From: Coprobacillaceae bacterium
GTDB taxonomy: Bacteria; Bacillota_I; Bacilli_A; Erysipelotrichales; Coprobacillaceae
Direction of reading: 5' to 3'
Length of the DNA: 32,000 nucleotides
NCBI GenBank assembly: GCA_963675515.1
Contig: OY776328.1
Span: forward strand, 660,001-692,000
Part shown: positions 26,547 to 32,000 of the stretch, in pieces
Position numbering within the stretch: the stretch's first letter is position 1
How the letters are laid out: each line of letters begins with the position of its first letter
The notes under the pieces: model-generated
Databases searched by the model: none
Seen by the model: only the letters and a program-made list of their open reading frames with translations
What the model was told of the DNA's origin: nothing
Made by a program: the position numbers and the translations under genes

Positions 26547-27080
26547 ATGAAATTATACGTAGCACGTCATGGTCAAACGACGGCAAATACAGAAGAAATT
26601 ATTTGTGGAGTTACTGATGCATCTTTAAATCCACTGGGGATTGACCAAGCAAAAAAATTGGGAGAGGAATTACGGAGGATTCAATTTGACCTGATTTTCT
26701 CTTCGCCTTTGAAAAGAGCTTATCTGACTGGGGATATTGTCTGCTCCAAACAGGCATGTCCAAACATCAAGGATGAAAGGCTCAAAGAAATCAACTTCGG
26801 CAAGTTCGAAGGGATGCCAAAAAGCACCGCTGAATTCTACGATTACAAAAGAAATCACGGAGTCCGTTATCCAGGGGGCGAGACTTATTTTGAAGTTGTG
26901 ACGAGAGTATACAATTTCATCAACGAATTGAAAGAGAAGTATCCGGACAAGACGATCCTGCTGGTATGCCACAACGGCATAATCCGCACGATTAATTCCT
27001 ACTTCCGTGATTGTGACAACGATGAGATTTTCAATTATGCCGCAGGCAACTGTGAATTGATTGAGTATCCGGAGCTCTAG
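26547..27080 (+). CDS. Histidine phosphatase superfamily protein (second copy)
   Basis: LYVARHGQTTAN RHG motif and a later CHNG motif. Start moved to the ATG at 26547, after GGGGTG. Confidence 0.85.
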   Translation: MKLYVARHGQTTANTEEIICGVTDASLNPLGIDQAKKLGEELRRIQFDLIFSSPLKRAYLTGDIVCSKQACPNIKDERLKEINFGKFEGMPKSTAEFYDYKRNHGVRYPGGETYFEVVTRVYNFINELKEKYPDKTILLVCHNGIIRTINSYFRDCDNDEIFNYAAGNCELIEYPEL

Positions 27081-28448
27081 ATGAGAGTCGGCTTGAAGAC
27101 CGATTCCCGTCAGGTCAAGCCAGGGGATACTTTTATCGCCCTGAAAGGGCCGGTCACAGATGGTCACGATTATGTCGATGTTGCCATAAAAAACGGGGCA
27201 GTCAAGGTCATTGTCGAACGGGGCCAATACCCGGTGGAGGTTGAGTTGGTCGAAGACACCCGGGAATATTTCAGGAAATACCTGGTGGAAAACTACTATC
27301 CTTATATCAAGAAGATGAAACTGGTTGGGATTACGGGTACCAACGGGAAGACCAGCATCGGATTCATGGCTTTCGAAATGCTTAAAAACCAGGGTATCAA
27401 AGCCGGCTATATCGGAACCATCGGTTTCCACCTTGGGGATGATAGTCGACCATTGAACAATACGACTCCCGATCTCGATGTCCTTTACAACCTGCTTCTT
27501 GAATGCGCCGATGCCTCTTGTGAGGCGGTGATTATGGAAGTGTCTTCACATGCGCTGGCATATGGACGGGTTTTTGGCTTGGAGTTCGATATCGTGGCCT
27601 TCACCAATCTGACCCAGGACCATCTTGATTTCCATGGCACCATGGAAAACTACCTGGCAACAAAACAGCAGCTGTTCAAGAAGACCCGGGGGGGAAAGGT
27701 CGCCATCATCAACGGTGACGATCCTTACGGGAAGGAGTTCGTTTTCCCGGAAAACCGCAACATAATGATCAAAAGAGAAGGCGGGGATGTTTCAATCGAC
27801 GCTTACACCATCGAGCATACCCATACCAACCTGGAATTCTCGTATCTGGACAAATCGTATCATACGACAATCAACCTGATTGGCAAGTACAACATCTACA
27901 ACTATCTTACAAGTCTGATGATAGTGGTTTATCTGGGCTGTGGCATCGATGATGTCCTGGCAAAAAGCGATCTTGTCCAGGCTCCGACCGGACGGATGTC
28001 TTATCTTAAAAAGGGGACAAATTCGATTTTCATCGACTATGCCCATACGCCTGACGCCATTGAAAATGTCGCCAAGACGATCAAGGAAACGACAGCGCGC
28101 AAGATAGTGACAATCATTGGATGCGGGGGCAACCGTGACAAGTCCAAACGTTCGTTGATGGCGGCGAGTGCCTGCAGATACTCGGACCTGGCCATCTTCA
28201 CCAACGACAACCCTCGAAATGAGGACCCTGATGAGATCATCAACGATATGACCAGGGATCTTGAATATGGCAATTACATCGTGATCAAGGATCGCGCAAC
28301 GGCCATCCGCCATGGCATCGACCAGCTCGAGGACAATGATGTACTGCTCGTTCTAGGCAAGGGACACGAGAACTACCAGCTCATCAACGGCGAGAAATTC
28401 CATTTCAGTGATTTCGAGGAAGTGGAAAACTACCTCAAGGACAATTGA
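27081..28448 (+). CDS. murE: UDP-N-acetylmuramoyl-L-alanyl-D-glutamate--2,6-diaminopimelate ligase (MurE)
   Basis: DSRQVKPGDTFIALKG, the P-loop GITGTNGKTS, and the Mur ligase C-terminal domain with a DNPR motif (FTNDNPRNEDP), which is associated with meso-DAP specificity. The ATG directly abuts the previous TAG. Confidence 0.85.
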   Translation: MRVGLKTDSRQVKPGDTFIALKGPVTDGHDYVDVAIKNGAVKVIVERGQYPVEVELVEDTREYFRKYLVENYYPYIKKMKLVGITGTNGKTSIGFMAFEMLKNQGIKAGYIGTIGFHLGDDSRPLNNTTPDLDVLYNLLLECADASCEAVIMEVSSHALAYGRVFGLEFDIVAFTNLTQDHLDFHGTMENYLATKQQLFKKTRGGKVAIINGDDPYGKEFVFPENRNIMIKREGGDVSIDAYTIEHTHTNLEFSYLDKSYHTTINLIGKYNIYNYLTSLMIVVYLGCGIDDVLAKSDLVQAPTGRMSYLKKGTNSIFIDYAHTPDAIENVAKTIKETTARKIVTIIGCGGNRDKSKRSLMAASACRYSDLAIFTNDNPRNEDPDEIINDMTRDLEYGNYIVIKDRATAIRHGIDQLEDNDVLLVLGKGHENYQLINGEKFHFSDFEEVENYLKDN

Positions 28449-28449
28449 T

Positions 28450-28710
28450 ATGCGGATAATAAATGTGGCTGTAAAAGACATCAAATACCAGGAAAAACAA
28501 TTCAGTCAAGCCTTGAAGGAATCGATTGAACGGATCGGTCTTTCATTCATGGTCAAAGTCAATGAAAATGAGGGCGGCTATGAGTGTGTCGACGGCCACA
28601 AGAGGCTGACTGTCTTGAATGCGCTGCACATCGACCGGGTCAATGTGGTCGTGCTAAACGACGGGTCGACCAGGTCGAATGACTGTGGCAAAGGAAGGAA
28701 TTCCCATTAG
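28450..28710 (+). CDS. Small ParB/Srx N-terminal-domain-like protein (86 aa)
   Basis: The ATG at 28450 lies 1 nt after the murE stop. SIERIGLSFMVKVNENEGGYECVDGHKRLTVL resembles the ParB N-domain pattern SI...G...P..V...y.lvdGhhR. The rest is unassignable. Confidence 0.4.
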   Translation: MRIINVAVKDIKYQEKQFSQALKESIERIGLSFMVKVNENEGGYECVDGHKRLTVLNALHIDRVNVVVLNDGSTRSNDCGKGRNSH

Positions 28711-28725
28711 AAAGGTGCGAAGAAA

Positions 28726-31329
28726 ATGATTTATAATGAGGAAACGGCCAAACTGGCCAAGGATTATAATTCGAATTTGCATGACGGTTTGACCAGTCAA
28801 CAGGTGCTTGTCAATCGGGAAAAATACGGCAAAAACGAATTGGAGAAGAAAAAGAAGGTGCCGATGTGGCAACGCTTCTTGCTCCAGTTCAAGGATGCCC
28901 TGACGATAATCCTGATTGTCGCCGCCCTGGTTTCAATCGCAATCGAACCTGAGGAATGGATCGAGTCAATGATCATCTTCTTTGTGGTCGTGGTCAATGC
29001 GATTCTGGGACTGGTTCAGGAAAACAATGCGGAAAAGGCGCTGGAAGCCCTGGAAAAGATGGCGGCTCCAAAAGCCAAGGTCATCCGTGACGGGACTTTG
29101 CAGACCATCGACTCCAATGAAGTCGTGGTCGGCGATATCCTGATCCTCGATGCGGGCGACCGGATTGCCAGCGACGGACGGATTGTCGAAAGCGCCAATC
29201 TCAAGGTTGACGAGTCGGCCCTGACCGGCGAATCGGTTCCCGTGGACAAACACATGGACCTGATCGCCAAAGATGAGGTGCCTTTGGGTGACCGGCTGAA
29301 CATGGTGTTTTCATCATGTAACGTTACTTACGGCCGTGGGGTGGTCCTGGTCAGTGCGACCGGGAAGGACAATGAGGTCGGCAAGATTGCCGCAATGATC
29401 GCCCAGACCGAAAAACAGAAAACCCCGCTGCAGGTGCAACTTGACAATATCGGAAAGTTCATCGGAATCGTCTGTCTGGCGATCGTCATTGTTGTGTTTG
29501 GGATCCAGCTCTATTCGGGCATGGGCATCCTTGAAGCCTTCAAGACCTCGATCGCTCTGGCTGTTGCGGCGATACCAGAAGGGCTGGCGACGGTAGTCAC
29601 TGTCGTGCTGGCGCTTTCGGTTTCCAAGATGGCCCAGCATAACGCCATCGTCAAGTCGCTGCCGGCAGTTGAGACTCTCGGGGCAACCTCGATTGTCTGC
29701 TCTGACAAGACGGGAACGCTGACCCAGAACAAGATGACCGTCGTCAAGACTTATCTTGACGGTGACGAGATCGAGAAGATTGAAACTGCGAGAACTGCGA
29801 CCATCAAAATGCTTAACTATTTCACGCTGTGCTCCGACGGCCAGATATCGATTGTCGATCAGCACGAAGTGGAAATCGGAGATCCGACCGAAACCGCCCT
29901 GGTAAAGGCCAGTCTTATCAACGGCTATCCAAAAAGTGAGCTGGACAAGCTTCATCCAAGGGTTAAGGAATTGGCGTTTGACAGCGATCGCAAAATGATG
30001 ACGGTCATCGTCAAGGACGGGGACGGATACCTGCAGATAACCAAAGGGGGACCGGATGTCATCTTCTCAAGATGCCTTTCTCAGGAAAATGGACATCGGA
30101 TCGATGCAAACAAATCGATGGCTCAGGAAGCCTTGCGGGTCCTGGCAGTGGCAATCCGCCATCACGACCGGCTGCCCGATACCATCGACAGCGAGACTCT
30201 TGAAAAAGATCTGACCTTCGTCGGTCTTGTCGGGATGATCGACCCGCCAAGGGAAGAGGCTAAAAAAGCGATTCTCGAAGCGAAAAAGGCGGGGGTCCGC
30301 ACGGTCATGATCACGGGTGACCATGTGGAAACGGCGGCGGCCATTGCCAAAACACTTGGAATCCTCGAACCGGGCCAACAGGCACTCACCGGGGATCAGC
30401 TCAATGCCATGTCCGATGAGGAGTTGGCGCAAAACGTCGACAAATATGCCGTCTACGCCCGGGTCGCACCTGAACACAAGGTTCGTATTGTGAGGGCTTG
30501 GCAGGCACAAAACAAAGTCGTTGCGATGACGGGTGACGGGGTCAATGATGCCCCTGCATTGAAACAGGCGGATATCGGCTGTGCCATGGGGATCACCGGT
30601 ACCGATGTTGCCAAAGGTGCGGCATCCATGATCCTGACGGATGACAACTTTGCCACGATCATCCATTCGATCAAAGAAGGCCGGGGAATCTATGATAATA
30701 TCAAAAAAGATGTGCAGTTCCTGCTTAGCAGCAATATCGGTGAAGTCCTGACGATTTTCGGGGCATCGGTGATCACGCTGTTCACCGACGCCAACTTCGG
30801 CGTGCCGCTGCTTCCGATTCATCTGCTTTGGGTCAATCTGATCACCGATTCCCTTCCGGCTTTTGCCTTGGGTATGGAGCCGGTGGAGGAAGACATAATG
30901 GAACGCAAACCGCGAAAGAAAAGCGAAGGATTCTTCGCCAATGGATTGGGCTTCACCATCGCCTGGCAGGGGCTGATGATCGGGGCTTTCACCCTGATTG
31001 CCTATGCGATCGGAAATCCGATCTCGCATGAGACAGGGATGACCATGGCGTTCATCACTTTGTGCGGTTCGCAGCTGGTTCACAGCTTCAATGTCAAGAC
31101 ACATCATTCGATCCTGTCGCGCCGTCTGTTTACGAACATCTATCTGTGGGGGGCGCTGGGATGTGGCATGCTTTTGCAGATCGTGCTTCTTGCCGTACCT
31201 GAGTTAAGCGAGATATTCAAACTGGAACCGCTGCATATCGAACAGTGGTACATCTGTCTGGCTTTCTGCTTTGGGACTGTTGTGATATCCGAGATTGTGA
31301 AACTTGCAACGCGTAAAAACCGTAGATAA
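28726..31329 (+). CDS. P-type (P2) calcium-translocating ATPase
   Basis: Cation_ATPase_N start, TGES, PEGL, the phosphorylation motif CSDKTGTLTQN, MITGDH and TGDGVNDAPAL; 867 aa with 10 TM segments. Confidence 0.9.
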   Translation: MIYNEETAKLAKDYNSNLHDGLTSQQVLVNREKYGKNELEKKKKVPMWQRFLLQFKDALTIILIVAALVSIAIEPEEWIESMIIFFVVVVNAILGLVQENNAEKALEALEKMAAPKAKVIRDGTLQTIDSNEVVVGDILILDAGDRIASDGRIVESANLKVDESALTGESVPVDKHMDLIAKDEVPLGDRLNMVFSSCNVTYGRGVVLVSATGKDNEVGKIAAMIAQTEKQKTPLQVQLDNIGKFIGIVCLAIVIVVFGIQLYSGMGILEAFKTSIALAVAAIPEGLATVVTVVLALSVSKMAQHNAIVKSLPAVETLGATSIVCSDKTGTLTQNKMTVVKTYLDGDEIEKIETARTATIKMLNYFTLCSDGQISIVDQHEVEIGDPTETALVKASLINGYPKSELDKLHPRVKELAFDSDRKMMTVIVKDGDGYLQITKGGPDVIFSRCLSQENGHRIDANKSMAQEALRVLAVAIRHHDRLPDTIDSETLEKDLTFVGLVGMIDPPREEAKKAILEAKKAGVRTVMITGDHVETAAAIAKTLGILEPGQQALTGDQLNAMSDEELAQNVDKYAVYARVAPEHKVRIVRAWQAQNKVVAMTGDGVNDAPALKQADIGCAMGITGTDVAKGAASMILTDDNFATIIHSIKEGRGIYDNIKKDVQFLLSSNIGEVLTIFGASVITLFTDANFGVPLLPIHLLWVNLITDSLPAFALGMEPVEEDIMERKPRKKSEGFFANGLGFTIAWQGLMIGAFTLIAYAIGNPISHETGMTMAFITLCGSQLVHSFNVKTHHSILSRRLFTNIYLWGALGCGMLLQIVLLAVPELSEIFKLEPLHIEQWYICLAFCFGTVVISEIVKLATRKNRR

Positions 31330-31347
31330 TTCTATGGTTTTTTTGTG
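31316..31347 (+). terminator. Terminator overlapping the ATPase stop codon
   Basis: AAAACCGTAGA-TAAT-TCTATGGTTTT (one G-U pair) followed by TTTTT. Confidence 0.5.
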
Positions 31348-31432
31348 CTCCGGCGAAATTGGGATTATGGCATAGTAAGACTTTACTATCAATTTGAAAT
31401 ATGGTTTAATAATATGGATAAGGATGGTAAAG

Positions 31433-31903
31433 ATGAAAAAGAATATAAATAATGTGATTTTATATATAGTTACAATGCTTGTCGTCCTGGTTGGCGACCA
31501 GCTCACAAAAATCGTAGTTGCCATAAATATGACATTGGGAGCGTCGGTGGAAATAGTCGACAACTTCTTTTATTTCACCTATGCGCAAAACAAAGGTGCG
31601 GCCTGGTCGATGTTCGAGGGCCATGTGGAATTCTTCATCATGTTTGCCGCAGTGGCCTTGGCGGGTCTGATATTTTATTTCATCAAAACCGATTCCAAAG
31701 AACATCTGACCCGGTTCGGTATCATTCTGATCATTTCCGGTTTGCTTGGAAATGTGTTTGACCGGATAGTGCTTGGTTATGTCCGTGACTTTATTGATTT
31801 TATTATATTCGGATATGATTTTCCGATTTTCAATATTGCCGATATCGCCATTGTGATCGGGGTAGGTTTGATGATGATTGAATTGTTTATGGAGGATGAA
31901 TAG
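31433..31903 (+). CDS. lspA: Lipoprotein signal peptidase (signal peptidase II)
   Basis: DQLTK, NKGAAWSMF, GNVFDR, VRDFIDF and FNIADIAI are the conserved LspA motifs. Start at the ATG at 31433 behind AAGGATGG. Confidence 0.9.
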   Translation: MKKNINNVILYIVTMLVVLVGDQLTKIVVAINMTLGASVEIVDNFFYFTYAQNKGAAWSMFEGHVEFFIMFAAVALAGLIFYFIKTDSKEHLTRFGIILIISGLLGNVFDRIVLGYVRDFIDFIIFGYDFPIFNIADIAIVIGVGLMMIELFMEDE

Positions 31904-32000
31904 TGGAAACAATCGAATTTGAAATATATGAAAAAAAAGGGCGGCTCGACAAGTATCTTAGCGAGCAGATGGAAGACATTTCCCGCAGCCAGATCCAGGA
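31903..32000 (+). CDS. rluD: RluA/RluD-family 23S rRNA pseudouridine synthase, N-terminal S4-like fragment (runs off the window)
   Basis: The GTG start overlaps the lspA stop by 1 nt and sits behind GGAGGA. The translation ...GRLDKYLSEQMEDISRSQIQ is the typical RluD N-terminus. The lspA-rluD adjacency is common in Firmicutes. Confidence 0.55.
   Translation, partial: METIEFEIYEKKGRLDKYLSEQMEDISRSQIQ

Noticed and set aside
26670-31107. Long antisense ORFs (26670-27431, 27792-28313, 29314-29955 and 30067-31107 on the minus strand, up to 346 aa)
   Set aside because: Each lies entirely opposite a + strand gene with unmistakable family motifs (histidine phosphatase/MurE, P-type ATPase). Their translations are low-complexity and Arg/Asp/Gly-rich with no recognisable motifs. 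One spans a gene boundary. These are shadow ORFs typical of the GC-richer part of the window.
1-32000. Mollicute-type genetic code (TGA = Trp), suggested by the low-GC segments; CRISPR arrays; IS elements or transposases
   Set aside because: Several well-defined genes end at TGA with family-typical lengths (the RpiR regulator, the second oxidoreductase, murE). The presence of MurE also implies a cell wall. I saw no repeat-spacer periodicity, no terminal inverted repeats and no transposase-like ORFs.

Overview
The window looks like chromosomal DNA from a low-GC Gram-positive (Firmicutes-like) organism using the standard genetic code. All protein genes I accept are on the + strand. The only minus-strand genes are two tandem tRNA-His. 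There are three blocks. (1) 1-16600, about 40-48% GC by eye, is a carbohydrate accessory region. It holds an AEC permease fragment, an orphan PTS EIIB, two Cof-type HAD phosphatases, an RpiR regulator, a histidine phosphatase and a DUF2798-like membrane protein. It also holds a tightly packed operon: a GPH symporter, two Gfo/Idh/MocA oxidoreductases, two xylose-isomerase-like TIM-barrel proteins and a 130-aa protein resembling the C-glycoside deglycosidase beta subunit. After the operon come an AraC-type regulator fused to a GH39-like domain, split by a frameshift in a T run, and a ROK glucokinase. (2) 16600-20960 is a sharply AT-rich island (about 25-30% GC) that abuts the 3' end of tRNA-His. 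It contains what I consider the most novel element: a candidate radical-SAM RiPP cluster. Its parts are an unlisted 40-codon Cys-free precursor ORF with a strong promoter, SD and terminator, a 465-aa radical SAM/SPASM enzyme, and an overlapping MFS-type membrane protein. (3) 21400-32000, about 50% GC, is housekeeping-like. It holds a GAF-HK-REC hybrid kinase whose H-box His is replaced by Leu, bifunctional GshF, a CHAD protein, a histidine phosphatase, MurE (DNPR motif), a small ParB-like protein, a P-type Ca2+-ATPase, LspA and the start of RluD. All functional calls rest on motif recognition by eye. No database searches were run.
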